DNA from: Bryobacterales bacterium
GTDB lineage: Bacteria > Acidobacteriota > Terriglobia > Bryobacterales > UBA6623
Assembly: GCA_965224215.1 (NCBI GenBank)
Contig: CBDCYS010000019.1
Span: forward strand, 23,327-87,326
Length of the DNA stretch: 64,000 bases
Direction: 5' to 3'
Under the pieces are notes generated by a model. It was not told the DNA's origin, did no database searches, and worked only from the letters and a program-made list of their open reading frames with translations. Numbering within the stretch: position 1 is the first letter of the stretch; each line of letters starts with the position of its first letter. This document shows, in pieces, positions 38,704 through 49,178 of the stretch. The translations under genes were made by a program, and so were the position numbers.

Positions 38704-40719
38704 ATGGCTGAAGCGAGTGGCGGATCGATCGAGAATTCCGTGAAAGACCTGTCCGAGAGAAAGCCTCACGTGGTCTGGGAGAAGGTCCTCGAACACGGAG
38801 AACTGCCCGACGGCCGCGTAAAGCCGGTCACCTGTCACCGCCGCACCGTGTGTATGACGCACCACGAGGGCGGCTACCACGCACTCGACAATAAGTGCCC
38901 CCACCAGGGCGGTCCTCTCGGCGAAGGCTCGATCGAAAAAGGCTATCTCCGCTGCCCCTGGCATGGCTGGGATTTCCACCCCGCAACGGGCAAGCCGCCG
39001 GGCGGCTATGACGACGGCATCCCGACCTATGCAGTCGAAACGCGCGACGACGGCATTTACGTCGGCTTCGAGGAAGAGCGTCCGCACGAGAAGACGGCGT
39101 CGGACGTGATGACGGAAACCATGGTGAACTGGGGAGTTCGCCACGTATTCGGGATGGTCGGGCACTCAAACCTAGGGCTCGCCGACGCGCTCCGGATGCA
39201 AGAGGAAGCCGGCAAGCTGAACTTCTACGGCATTCGCCACGAGGGGGCGGCGGCCTTCGCGGCGTCGGCATACGGGAAGCTGACCGGGCGTCCCTCGGCC
39301 TGTTTGACGATCGCCGGCCCGGGGGCGACAAACCTGCTTACGGGGATGTGGGACGCCAACGTCGACCGCTCCCCGGTGCTCGCGCTGACCGGTCAGGTTG
39401 ACACGCAAGTGCTCGGACCAGGCGCATTCCAGGAGGTCGATCTCCAAGCCGCGTTCGGCAAAGTCGCGCAATGGAGTCAGTCGGTTTTGCATTCCAGCAA
39501 ACACGCCGAATTGATGAACTTAGCGTGCAAAAGCGCCATCCTAAACCGCGGAGTTTCTCACCTGATTTTCCCCGATGAGGTACAGAACCTGAAGGTCGGG
39601 GATGCCAAAGCGAGCGGGCCCCAAGGCCGAATTACCCCGCTCGAGATCACGCCGCCGCGCGAGTCGCTCGATAACGCGGTTGAGCTTCTTCGCGGCTCGA
39701 AGCGTCCGGTGATCGTCGTCGGTCACGGCGCGCGCTTCAACATGCCGTCGATCACCGAGCTGGCGGAAATGCTCAACGCGCCGGTGATTAAAACCTTTAA
39801 GGGCAAGGGTTTGATTTCCGATCAGCATCCTCTGGCGGGCGGTGTCTTGGGACGCAGCGGCACTCCGATCGCGAGCTGGGCCATGAACGAGTGCGATCTG
39901 CTGCTCGTCTTTGGCGCGAGCTTCAGCAATCACACAGGAATTACGCCCAAGAAGCCGACCATCCAGGTCGATTTCGACGCCATGACGCTGGGTAAATTTC
40001 ACGCTATCGATGTTCCCTTGTGGGGCGAAATCGGAATCACGGCGGGGCTGCTCAAGGAGCGGTTGGTAGGCACGACGGACACAGTCGATCAGCGGCCCGA
40101 CATGGCCGAGCGCTGGCAAATCTGGCGCCGTGAAAAGGAACGCCGCACCGAAGACGAACGCGGCCGTGGCATTAACTCCGCCTCTATTTTCGAGGCCATG
40201 ACGCGCCAGGTCCCCGAAGACGCCATCATCGCCGTCGATGTCGGCAATAATACCTACTCCTTCGGACGCTACTTTGAGTGCACGCGGCAGGCGGTTCTGA
40301 TGTCGGGTTATTTGGGGTCCATTGGATTTTCCTACCCGGCGGCCATGGGGGCCTGGGCCGCAACCCAGGAAGACGATCCGCGCTTCAAGGGACGTCCAGT
40401 AGTCGCGGTCTCGGGAGACGGCGGGTTTGGTCAATACATGGGCGAGATTCTTACCGCCGTCAAATACAAGATGAATATTACGCACGTGCTCGTGCATAAC
40501 GACGAGCTGGGCAAGATTTCCAAGGAGCAGAGGTCAGGCAATTGGAATGTTTGGAAGACGTCGTTGCATAATCCGAATTTCGCCAACTACGCGAATCTCT
40601 GCGGCGGACTCGGTATCCGTGTCACAAAAAAGGAAGAGCTCGACGACGCGATCGCCAAGGCACTAGAGTACGACGGGCCCAGCATGATAGAGGTGATGGC
40701 CGACGCCGATCTTGTCTAG
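38704..40719 (+). CDS. Rieske [2Fe-2S]-fused thiamine-pyrophosphate enzyme (pyruvate oxidase/acetolactate synthase-like)
   Basis: CPHQGG...CPWHGW Rieske motifs; RHEGAAAFAA; TPP motif GDGGF...VHN. Confidence 0.9.
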   Translation: MAEASGGSIENSVKDLSERKPHVVWEKVLEHGELPDGRVKPVTCHRRTVCMTHHEGGYHALDNKCPHQGGPLGEGSIEKGYLRCPWHGWDFHPATGKPPGGYDDGIPTYAVETRDDGIYVGFEEERPHEKTASDVMTETMVNWGVRHVFGMVGHSNLGLADALRMQEEAGKLNFYGIRHEGAAAFAASAYGKLTGRPSACLTIAGPGATNLLTGMWDANVDRSPVLALTGQVDTQVLGPGAFQEVDLQAAFGKVAQWSQSVLHSSKHAELMNLACKSAILNRGVSHLIFPDEVQNLKVGDAKASGPQGRITPLEITPPRESLDNAVELLRGSKRPVIVVGHGARFNMPSITELAEMLNAPVIKTFKGKGLISDQHPLAGGVLGRSGTPIASWAMNECDLLLVFGASFSNHTGITPKKPTIQVDFDAMTLGKFHAIDVPLWGEIGITAGLLKERLVGTTDTVDQRPDMAERWQIWRREKERRTEDERGRGINSASIFEAMTRQVPEDAIIAVDVGNNTYSFGRYFECTRQAVLMSGYLGSIGFSYPAAMGAWAATQEDDPRFKGRPVVAVSGDGGFGQYMGEILTAVKYKMNITHVLVHNDELGKISKEQRSGNWNVWKTSLHNPNFANYANLCGGLGIRVTKKEELDDAIAKALEYDGPSMIEVMADADLV

Positions 40720-40743
40720 AAAAGTTCGCTAGGAACAACAGAG

Positions 40744-40763
40744 GCGCGGACGGAAGTCCGCGC
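40744..40763. repeat. REP-like palindrome (reverse copy GCGCGGAC-TTCC-GTCCGCGC), possible terminator
   Basis: Same family as 27331-27350; 25 bp after a stop codon. Confidence 0.75.
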
Positions 40764-40784
40764 TCCGCGGCGTAGAAGGCGGTT

Positions 40785-40846
40785 TGCAGCGCCCGAGAAC
40801 TTTGCAGTGTCCGAGAACACTGCAGCGCCCGAGAACCCTGCAGCGC
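40785..40846. repeat. 18-bp tandem repeat TGCAGCGCCCGAGAACNN, about 3.4 copies
   Basis: Units start at 40785, 40803, 40821 and 40839. Confidence 0.85.
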
Positions 40847-40954
40847 ACCCAGGCCACCAACCGGTGTGTGAGAAAGCCAAGCCGTAAGCCGCGAGCCCCG
40901 GGTCAGCCCCGAGCCAGCCACCCCCAAGCCACCAACGCACAGGAGAAAGCAAAA

Positions 40955-42598
40955 ATGCCAACCACCGACACCGTCACCAGCCAAAAAGTGAAAGTCGCCA
41001 CCTGGAGCCAACTAGAAGACCGCAAACCCGCCTACGCCCTAGTAGCCAATGTCGATCTCGTCGTCCTCCGCTTCGACGACCAGGTCTCGGTGCTCTACGG
41101 CCGTTGTCTCCACCGCGGCGCCCTGCTGGCGGACGGCTCGATCACCGGGCAAAACCTCATCTGCGGCGTCCACGGCTGGGACTATCGCTGGGACTCGGGC
41201 ATCAGCGAATACAAGAACACCGAAGCCCTCCCGAAGTTCAACGCCTGGGTCGATGCCGACGACGACGCGGTTTATGTGGACGAGTTCGAAATTCGTGCCT
41301 GGGAGCAGGACAACCCGCAGCCCTACAATCGCGACAGCTACCAGGGGCTATACGCCGACGTCCACGGCACCCCCGAGGAACCCCACAACCACTACGTCCA
41401 AGAGCTGGCGAAGAACGGTTTGAAGAACTTTGGACACCACGGCCAGATGTCAGCCATGGGTGTAGCCCTGACCGACTTGCCCCGCTGGGACGATATCCAA
41501 ATCCTGACCGGCCAGCTCGCCCGCAAGCCGTTGCTTGACGATGACCCGGTGGGCTCCGAGTTGTGCATCGGCCCCAACGCAAAAAAGCCGCTGACCCTCG
41601 ACATCCCGCTATTCGTCAGCGATATGAGCTTCGGTGCATTGAGCAAGGAAGCCAAGACCGCTCTCTCGAAAGGCGCGGAGATGGCCGGCACCGGAATTTG
41701 CTCCGGCGAAGGCGGAATGCTGCCCGCCGAGCAAGAGAACAATTCGCGCTATTTTTACGAGCTAGCGTCAGCGCGCTTTGGCTGGAGCCTCGACAAAGTC
41801 GCGCGCTGCCAAGCCTTCCATTTCAAAGGAGGGCAGGGAGCCAAGACAGGCACCGGCGGCCACCTTCCGGGCAATGAGGTCAGTCCCGAGATCGCCGAAG
41901 TCCGGGGCCTCAAGGCCGGAGAGGCGGCGATCAGCCCAGCGACGTTTCCTGATCTTGAGTCGCCGGCCGACTATCGCAAGATTGCCGACGAAGTTCGCGA
42001 CGTGACGGGAGGGGTTCCCGTTGGCTTCAAGATATCGGCGCAGCATGTCGAAATTGACATCGACTTCGCGCTGAAAGTTGGCGTGGACTACATCATTCTC
42101 GATGGCCGGGGAGGAGCCACCGGAGCCGCCCCGATCATTTTCAAGAACAACATATCCGTTCCCACGATGGCTTCCCTAGCGCGAGCCCGCCGCCACCTCG
42201 ACATGCGCGGACGAAGCGACGTGACGCTGATCATCACCGGGGGCCTGCGAAGCGAGTCGGACTTCGTCAAAGCCATGGCTCTTGGGGCCGACGGCGTCGC
42301 CGTGGCGAACGCGGCCATCCAGGCCATCGGTTGCCTAGGCATGCGCGCCTGCCACACAAACAATTGCCCCGTAGGCATCGCCACCCAGCGCGAGGACCTC
42401 CGTGCCCGCCTAATCGTCGAGCAATCCGCCCAGCAGCTCAAAAACTACTTCGAGGCCACGGTCGATCTGATGAAGATCTTGGCCAGGGCGTGCGGCCACA
42501 GCCATCTCCGACAATTGAGCCGCGACGACTTGACGACCTGGAAACGCGACGTGGCCTATCTGACCGGCATTGCTTATGCCGGGGTGGTGCCGCTGTAG
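40955..42598 (+). CDS. Rieske-fused FMN-binding glutamate-synthase-like protein
   Basis: CLHRG...CGVHGW Rieske motifs; SDMSFGALS, SGEGG, GQGAKTGTGGHL, LDGRGGATGAAP and CLGMRACHTNNCPVGIAT (Fe-S) motifs; AGGAG RBS before 40955. Confidence 0.9.
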   Translation: MPTTDTVTSQKVKVATWSQLEDRKPAYALVANVDLVVLRFDDQVSVLYGRCLHRGALLADGSITGQNLICGVHGWDYRWDSGISEYKNTEALPKFNAWVDADDDAVYVDEFEIRAWEQDNPQPYNRDSYQGLYADVHGTPEEPHNHYVQELAKNGLKNFGHHGQMSAMGVALTDLPRWDDIQILTGQLARKPLLDDDPVGSELCIGPNAKKPLTLDIPLFVSDMSFGALSKEAKTALSKGAEMAGTGICSGEGGMLPAEQENNSRYFYELASARFGWSLDKVARCQAFHFKGGQGAKTGTGGHLPGNEVSPEIAEVRGLKAGEAAISPATFPDLESPADYRKIADEVRDVTGGVPVGFKISAQHVEIDIDFALKVGVDYIILDGRGGATGAAPIIFKNNISVPTMASLARARRHLDMRGRSDVTLIITGGLRSESDFVKAMALGADGVAVANAAIQAIGCLGMRACHTNNCPVGIATQREDLRARLIVEQSAQQLKNYFEATVDLMKILARACGHSHLRQLSRDDLTTWKRDVAYLTGIAYAGVVPL

Positions 42599-42949
42599 CT
42601 GCGTGGAAGGTCCTAGCCTTGCCGCTGCCTTTCGGATTAGACGAGTAAAGATTCTTTATTCGGGCTCCGTCCCCGAACTCCCCCCCCGAACTCCCCCTGC
42701 TACGCGGACTTCTTGTGTGCCAGCGAGCTCGTGCCGGAGCACATCCGTCAGAACTGCTATTACCCCAAGCCGTACGCGACTTGCCCGTAAGTCGGTGCTA
42801 AATCACCTGGAAACGGCCGTTTGCGCTCCGCGATCCTCCAAAGTTGTTACAATTGCAGCCGAAACTAGAGAGAACGGCACGGTGTTCTGCCGGAGTTGAG
42901 ACGGGGTGGTAACGTTGCCCCGGGATCTATCATCGAAATCGCGTGAGGC

Positions 42950-43843
42950 GTGGCCCCGTTTGGCGGCGCCGTGGCCTACAAAGGATGGCCCGTTTTTCGC
43001 ATCGATGACTTCATGAGTCAAGTAGCCACGATGGACAGCCGGATCGCACAGATCGAGCAGTTGATCGAAGAGGGAGAGAAGTTCACGCCTCAGAACTTCT
43101 GCTATCCCACCGAGCACGGAAGTGAGTTTGGCGGTGGAGACACGCCCGAATGGCTCGCTTGGAAGACTCGCGTGTTCAACCTCGCCAAGAGTCTCGGCTC
43201 AGATGGTTCGCCGGCACTCAAGCTCGCCACTACCGCCCTGGGCGTAAGGACCGACGGCTACCACCTCATCCAGTTCGAACGCGCGCTCGGGTCTTTGAAG
43301 ATGGCGCTAGACCTACTCCTGTCCGCGACCAAAGACGACGCCTATGGCGAGCTCCGACAGACGACGTCACGAAGCGCAATACCTACGCTTTCGAACAGAG
43401 TGTTCGTGGTGCATGGGCATGACAGCGCCCTAAAAACCGACGTCGAGAGGTTCTTGCACCAAATCGGATTAGATCCTGTCGTGCTCCACCGCCAGCCAGA
43501 CCAAGGGCAGACGCTCATTGAGAAGTTTGAGCAGCACAGCGATGTCGGATACGCCATCATACTTCTGACGCCGGACGAGTTCGCCTACACCGCCGACAAA
43601 AAAACACTACCGGCCGAGCAGAGAGCGACCGAATCGCGAGCACGGCCAAACGTCATCTTCGAGTTTGGATACTTCGTCGGCAGATTGGGACGGAAACGAG
43701 TGTGCTGCTTGCATAAGGGCGATGTCGTCTTGCCGAGTGATCTGCACGGACTCCTGTACAAGAAGGTCGATGACTCCCTAGACAGCCAGGCGTACGGGCT
43801 CATTCGTGAGCTAAAGAGTGCAGGTTACCAGCTCAAGATCTGA
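42950..43843 (+). CDS. TIR-like nucleotide-binding domain protein (CAP12/Pycsar-effector-type TIR)
   Basis: NRVFVVHGHD...IEKFE...AIILLTPD...RARPNVIFEFGYF...PSDLHGL. The real start may be an ATG near 43013-43031. Confidence 0.88.
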   Translation: MAPFGGAVAYKGWPVFRIDDFMSQVATMDSRIAQIEQLIEEGEKFTPQNFCYPTEHGSEFGGGDTPEWLAWKTRVFNLAKSLGSDGSPALKLATTALGVRTDGYHLIQFERALGSLKMALDLLLSATKDDAYGELRQTTSRSAIPTLSNRVFVVHGHDSALKTDVERFLHQIGLDPVVLHRQPDQGQTLIEKFEQHSDVGYAIILLTPDEFAYTADKKTLPAEQRATESRARPNVIFEFGYFVGRLGRKRVCCLHKGDVVLPSDLHGLLYKKVDDSLDSQAYGLIRELKSAGYQLKI

Positions 43844-43990
43844 TACCGAGCCGGCCACCCCTCGATCAGCAAGAAGGATCCGGGCGAGCGGTTCGGAAAG
43901 GCGGAATCAGAGTTCTGGCGAAGAGACGGCGTGAAACACTTTGGCCCCGTTTGCCCGCGGCTTACGCGCTTCTTATTAGGAGGATTCTCT

Positions 43991-44788
43991 ATGTCCAAGA
44001 CGCCGGTTGCACTACTCATCTGCACCCTTATCGCATTTAGCGCAATGTCGGCTGCTGAGCCCGACAAAGCCATCCGCCCCGACCTACTCACGGACGCTTA
44101 CATCCCGTTGGTGATCATCGGTGAAGGGTGGTCGCAACAAATCGTCATCCAGAACATCGACGAAGAAGAGTCGGTGACCGGCACTCTGAAGTTCTTCACC
44201 GCTCAAGGCGATCCGTGGCAGGTGGATCTGATTGACGGACGCGGTCGATCGGACACGTTCTTCGTTACGCTGCTGCCGCGCCAAATGGCAATTTACGAAA
44301 CCGCCGTTCGATTCAACCCCCAAACCCTCGGCTACGCGCACATCGACGGCGATTGTTGCCCCCGTACGCTGGTCCAAACGATCTTCCGACGTCAGGAGTC
44401 GGGCCGGCCGGACCTGATGACATCTCTGGCGGTCGAAGACGATACGGTACGGAGCGTTCATTTGATGTTCGACAATCGCGGCGGCAAGTTCGCCGGCGTG
44501 GGAATCCTGAACACCGATACATGCTTCAGTTTCAGTTGCGAGCAGATTTACGACATCGTGTTTCGCGACGAGAACGGAAACACGTTTCACCGGGCCAGCA
44601 GAACCCCGCGCAACGAGACTCTTTGGTGGTTCAGTTTGGACGCTGAATTTCCACAGGTTAGAGGGCGACTCGGCACCATGGAAGTGAAGAGCGGCGATCC
44701 CGATAGCGAATTTATACGCGCCGTGGGCTTCAGTCTGCAGTTCGCTCCGAATGGGGCATTCACTGCGGTGATGACCGGCGAGAGGTAG
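43991..44788 (+). CDS. Secreted beta-rich hypothetical protein
   Basis: AGGAGG RBS; signal peptide MSKTPVALLICTLIAFSAMSA. Confidence 0.75.
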   Translation: MSKTPVALLICTLIAFSAMSAAEPDKAIRPDLLTDAYIPLVIIGEGWSQQIVIQNIDEEESVTGTLKFFTAQGDPWQVDLIDGRGRSDTFFVTLLPRQMAIYETAVRFNPQTLGYAHIDGDCCPRTLVQTIFRRQESGRPDLMTSLAVEDDTVRSVHLMFDNRGGKFAGVGILNTDTCFSFSCEQIYDIVFRDENGNTFHRASRTPRNETLWWFSLDAEFPQVRGRLGTMEVKSGDPDSEFIRAVGFSLQFAPNGAFTAVMTGER

Positions 44789-44923
44789 CCCCAAAAGGCC
44801 GGCGAGGCCCCGAAGCTCGTGACGAAGGCCCAGTTCGGGCTGCCATGAAATCCTGCCGTCCAAAAATATTTGAGCTACCGATTCCGTTCGGCACCGTCTT
44901 TATAAGCGAACGGAGGTTTTCAG

Positions 44924-45223
44924 ATGAATAACGAAGTCGACGAGCTAGACACTGTCCAAGAAGAGGATCAAGAAGGGATCTCAGACGAAGTTAAGAAAGT
45001 CCTTGACCAATTCCTGATACGGTTTACCGGGTTTACTCACCCGTTGGACGAGGAGCGATGGGCTGACTTCGTAGTAGCTGCTCATCGTGCCAATGAGGAT
45101 ATAGCAGAAGTGCAACTAGAGGAAGCCCTGGGCAGCCGGCCGCCGAGCGAGGAATGGAAGGAAGGATGGGTTGAGAAATACCGCTGGGGGCGAATCCTGT
45201 TGGCAAGGAACGACCAGCTTTGA
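44924..45223 (+). CDS. Small acidic hypothetical protein
   Basis: GGAGG RBS; 99 aa. Confidence 0.65.
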   Translation: MNNEVDELDTVQEEDQEGISDEVKKVLDQFLIRFTGFTHPLDEERWADFVVAAHRANEDIAEVQLEEALGSRPPSEEWKEGWVEKYRWGRILLARNDQL

Positions 45224-45429
45224 GCGCGCCGCGCAGCATGGGCTTCGTGGGATTGGGGTGGGGCGTAGTCGGCAAGCCGAGCTCGCAACGTATCACAACT
45301 GGCGGAAGTGATTGTAGGGATGGGCGGCTCCGGGATGGACTGGAGCGTCGTGGTCGAAGAACCCGCTCCGTAGCGTTGATCGACGGCCCGGCCGGGGCGC
45401 TGCGTCCGATTGTCGAGCAATGAATACAA

Positions 45430-45924
45430 ATGCCAAGTGATGAAGAGTACGTTGGAAGAAAGGGCGAGGCGCTGTGGGACCATGCCAACCGCATCGCGGT
45501 CCTGGCGCTCGCTGAATCCACGGTCCGACTACTGGATAGCGACAAACCAGCCGGCGCGAAGGAGGCGGGCCACTACTTCGGGGCCTATCAGCAGAGCTTC
45601 ACGAAGACGCGTAGCGCGCTTCTAGATCTCTTCCGTGCAAGAGCGGAGATGCATCGAGTAATTCACTGGGAACCGACAGGCGCCGGGAGGTACAGGACAC
45701 AACCGATTACCGAATCCGATACGGAGACCATTAGCGCCCTGAGCGAAGCCGCAGCCCGGTTTGTCTCGTTCGTTGTTTCCTGGCAGCCAGTGATGGACTC
45801 AATTGCCGCGCACGTTGCGACCGTCATGGCGCCCCGGGGACCGAAGTTGCCGACGGATATGCTTCGAAGCGCAAAGGCTGCGGCTATCGAAAAACTGCCA
45901 GACTCAGCAAGCAGTCTGAAGTAA
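45430..45924 (+). CDS. Hypothetical protein
   Basis: 164-aa ORF, same strand as neighbours. Confidence 0.55.
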   Translation: MPSDEEYVGRKGEALWDHANRIAVLALAESTVRLLDSDKPAGAKEAGHYFGAYQQSFTKTRSALLDLFRARAEMHRVIHWEPTGAGRYRTQPITESDTETISALSEAAARFVSFVVSWQPVMDSIAAHVATVMAPRGPKLPTDMLRSAKAAAIEKLPDSASSLK

Positions 45925-47207
45925 GGTTCTGACCGAGCAAGCCGAGTGGTATACCGCGGATGTTCGAATACTACGCAATTACTTCGTTCACAATCACCGG
46001 ATAGCCCATTTGCTGCCCGAGGCGGGATCCGAGAGGACCGTGGTCACGATCAAGAAGCTCGATCATGACGAGACGACCGATAAGTTCGACCTAGACCAGT
46101 TCATCAATTGGACATTCGGGCACTTTCTACTTTTCGTCGTCGCGCTCGACGAGGGGCTTCGCGAAGCCCAGACTTTGGGGCGGCAGTGACGGGCGGGCGG
46201 GATCGGGGTGGTTCAAGGTCCACCCGCGCCAAGTCTACCCGAGTTTCACGTATCGCGGGAGCTCGCGACCTCACAACTGGCGGAAGTAGATTGGCGGACC
46301 ATTGGCGGAGTTGTTGTGGAAAAAGAAGGCCGAGGTGGTTAGAAATATAGGAGGAAAATCATGATTATTAGAAGATTCGTATTTTCGTTTATCTTGGTGT
46401 TGGTAGTCGCGGTCGGCACGTTATCGGCGGCCCAGCCGAGTAAAGATCTCATCGTCGAAACAATCAACGGCATCCGGTACTGTGACGAATTTGCGTCTCT
46501 CCAGGCGTGTCACGATGATCTACCTACCACTGGCGGGAAGATGGTGATACCCGCTGGTACGTACACATTGACCGCTGAACTGCTAATTTCGAAGTCAAAT
46601 GTTCATATAGAGTGTGCTGGAGTCGGAAATACCATCATCGAACGCAACGGTATGCCAAGCACCGATTCGGTGATCCAGATCGACGGCAGTCATGTGGCTG
46701 TTACGGGCTGCACATTCGACGGGCGCTCTGAGAGCACGACAAAAGCCACCGTCAATCTTAACGGCATCAGTACTCGATTTGAACACAACCAAGTCCTTGG
46801 GAATGACCACATAGCCGTCGGTATCAGCAAAGACGACGCATCTGTCATAGACAACGAGATCACCGGGCAGGCGAGCGCGACCCAGGGGAGTTCCGGCATT
46901 TGGTGTGCCGCCGATTCCATCGACCGTGTCCTCATCAAAGCTAATCGGATCTCAGACCAAATGCTAGCAGCACTCCAATGTGTGGGAAACGACATTGCGG
47001 TGATTGACAACGTCATATGGAATAACCACTGCCAGACGTCTCCAACGGGTGGTGGACAGTTAGACTTCAGCAGCGGCGGGAGCGGAGGAGCTGTTGTGTC
47101 CGGGAACATTATCGGTCCAGGGTGCGGCTCACTTACGTCTGGCATTGAGGTCCATCGGCACGCGACCATCATTGGTAACACCATCCGTGGTCAAAAGCAT
47201 CATGGTA

Positions 47208-49007
47208 CCTGAATTATGCACAGATTCGGCGTAGCCATCGTCGATGGAGTTGTGGCGATAGCGGCACTCGTGTCAACTCAGTGATTTCGCAAGTCGTCTT
47301 TTCTGCTGTTTCCCTCCCCGTTTGAGCCGCCTCCTGATCCCGGCAGGGCAAAAGCGGGCTGGCAAGCGGCGTGTTCCCAGTACGTTGCGGCGAGTGCATG
47401 AAATTTTATGCATGGAGTGCCCCTCAGCTCAGCGCACCCTCCACCACCGGCGCCAAGCTCGATCCCGGCGGCCCCATCGCCCGCAGCCGTCGCATCAGCC
47501 GTTCAAACAGGCCCTTTTCCTGATAATGATCGCTGTAGCTGACACCCGTTCTGCCGGCGTGCCGCCAGATCTTGGCCGCCACGAACAGAAAACGCAGCCG
47601 CGCCGTCGCCAGGGTGGTGTGCCGCAGCGTCTCCACGCTGGCCTGGGCTTCGCGGTTGAACAGCAGCAGCCAGCAGTTGAGATTGTAGGCCAGCATGGCC
47701 AACTGAAAGTGATTGCGGTTCATGTCAAAGCGGCGCGAGGGATGGGCCGCCAGCCCGGCGTCGTTGTTGGCCTCCTTGATCAGGTTCTCGGCTCCGGCGC
47801 GCTGATTGTAAAACCACACCACCGCCGCGATCGGCTCGGCCAGATTGGTGACAAACACGCGGTAGGTGTAAGCGCTGGTGGCGAACAACTGGTATTGCTC
47901 GGCCGCGCCGGCCTTGGGCTCGTTTTCGTAACGCAGCGCCAGGAAACGGCAGGCCCGCGCCCAGCCTTGCGGTTGGTAGAGGAATTCGCATTCCGCGTCC
48001 GCGTCGGAGCGGGGGGAGGGTTTCCATTCTGCTTGCGGCAAGCGCTCGACCAGGCGCCGCGTTTTGCGTGCCACGATGACGAACTGACAAGCCGCCTTTT
48101 CATAGGCCTCCACCGCCTCCCAGCAATAAAAGCCGGAATCGGCCCGCGCCAGGATTTTCTTCACGCCGCCCGGCAAAGTCCGGAAAGCGCTCTCGAGGTG
48201 GGCGGCGATCTGTCGGCCCGTGGGCCGGTCGCCGTTGCGCAACCCGCCCATCAGGTATTCGCGCGTCTCGGCCAGGAAGGTCAGTATCGGCTGGTAGCTG
48301 CGCTTGCCCTTGTTCTTGGGGTTGTAGCTCTTGCGCCCGCCCATCTGGCGGCCGTAGAGGGTATGCACGGTGGTGTCGGTGTCCAGCGTCACCGTCTCCA
48401 ACTTCACGTGGGCCGCGGCCCAGACTCGTTCCCGCAGCTGGCGCTGAATGGAAAGGATCTGCTTCGCCACGTTGAGGTGCAGCGAGGCCAGAAAGCGCCA
48501 CAGCGTGGACTGCGGCGGCAGACGCGTCACTTGCAAGATGCCGGTCAGGATGGGGTCGCGAGCGATGAAGCGGAGTTGGTTGAGCCGCGCAAAGCCGACA
48601 TAGAGGCCGAGCACGAGGGCCAGCACGAACTGGTAGGGGCTCATGGCTCGGGTGATCCGTTTGGTCGTGAGGGTTTCTTCCAGCAGCGCTTGGAAGCCGA
48701 GTTTTTCGAGCAGGGTGGCGACGGGCAGCAAGCCGCCGTAGGGAGTCAGATTCTTGCCACGGAAGTGATAGGGCGTGGCAGCCCCGATTTTATTGGGCCG
48801 CGGGGCCCTCGCGCCGGGGCCTTGTTTGACGGGCCTTCGGGAGCTATGCTGTTTTCGTTTGGTAACCATTTGGGTGACCTCCTTGGGGTTGACTGGCGAA
48901 GCTGAAATCTTTGCCAGCCTACCTTTTTACCCCATGTTTTCGGGGATCCCCAAATGGTTCCTGGCGGCTCAGCCCTCACCAGGTGCACCGGCAGTGCATA
49001 ATTCAGG
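47208..49007 (-). mobile_element. IS1380-family element (type 2), copy 3
   Basis: Same IRs; imperfect TSD TGGTA / TGGGA. Confidence 0.95.
47424..48869 (-). CDS. IS1380-family transposase, intact 481 aa
   Basis: Full ORF, near-identical to the other copies. Confidence 0.95.
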   Translation of the reverse strand: MVTKRKQHSSRRPVKQGPGARAPRPNKIGAATPYHFRGKNLTPYGGLLPVATLLEKLGFQALLEETLTTKRITRAMSPYQFVLALVLGLYVGFARLNQLRFIARDPILTGILQVTRLPPQSTLWRFLASLHLNVAKQILSIQRQLRERVWAAAHVKLETVTLDTDTTVHTLYGRQMGGRKSYNPKNKGKRSYQPILTFLAETREYLMGGLRNGDRPTGRQIAAHLESAFRTLPGGVKKILARADSGFYCWEAVEAYEKAACQFVIVARKTRRLVERLPQAEWKPSPRSDADAECEFLYQPQGWARACRFLALRYENEPKAGAAEQYQLFATSAYTYRVFVTNLAEPIAAVVWFYNQRAGAENLIKEANNDAGLAAHPSRRFDMNRNHFQLAMLAYNLNCWLLLFNREAQASVETLRHTTLATARLRFLFVAAKIWRHAGRTGVSYSDHYQEKGLFERLMRRLRAMGPPGSSLAPVVEGALS

Positions 49008-49178
49008 TGGGATTGTACTTCAGACGCCGGCTAGAGACGTTCTGATAAGTGGCAACACGATCATCAACACAGATGACGACCATGTCAAACTTGACAATGT
49101 TGACAACGTGGTGATCATCGGGAATGTGTGCCGCGACGACCAAGCGACCCCAACAGCTGACCGATGCATTCACATCAC

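Larger units (their letters stand above)
46361..49178 (+). pseudogene. Secreted right-handed beta-helix (pectin-lyase-like) protein, split by IS1380 and truncated by IS1595
   Basis: GGAGG RBS and signal peptide; repeated N/G-rich turns (IIGNTI, ISGNTI). Excision of the IS rejoins QKHHG-IVLQTP in frame. Confidence 0.8.

Noticed and set aside
42600-46360. Integron cassette array
   Set aside because: No recurring attC-like palindromes with GTTRRRY cores and no integron integrase.
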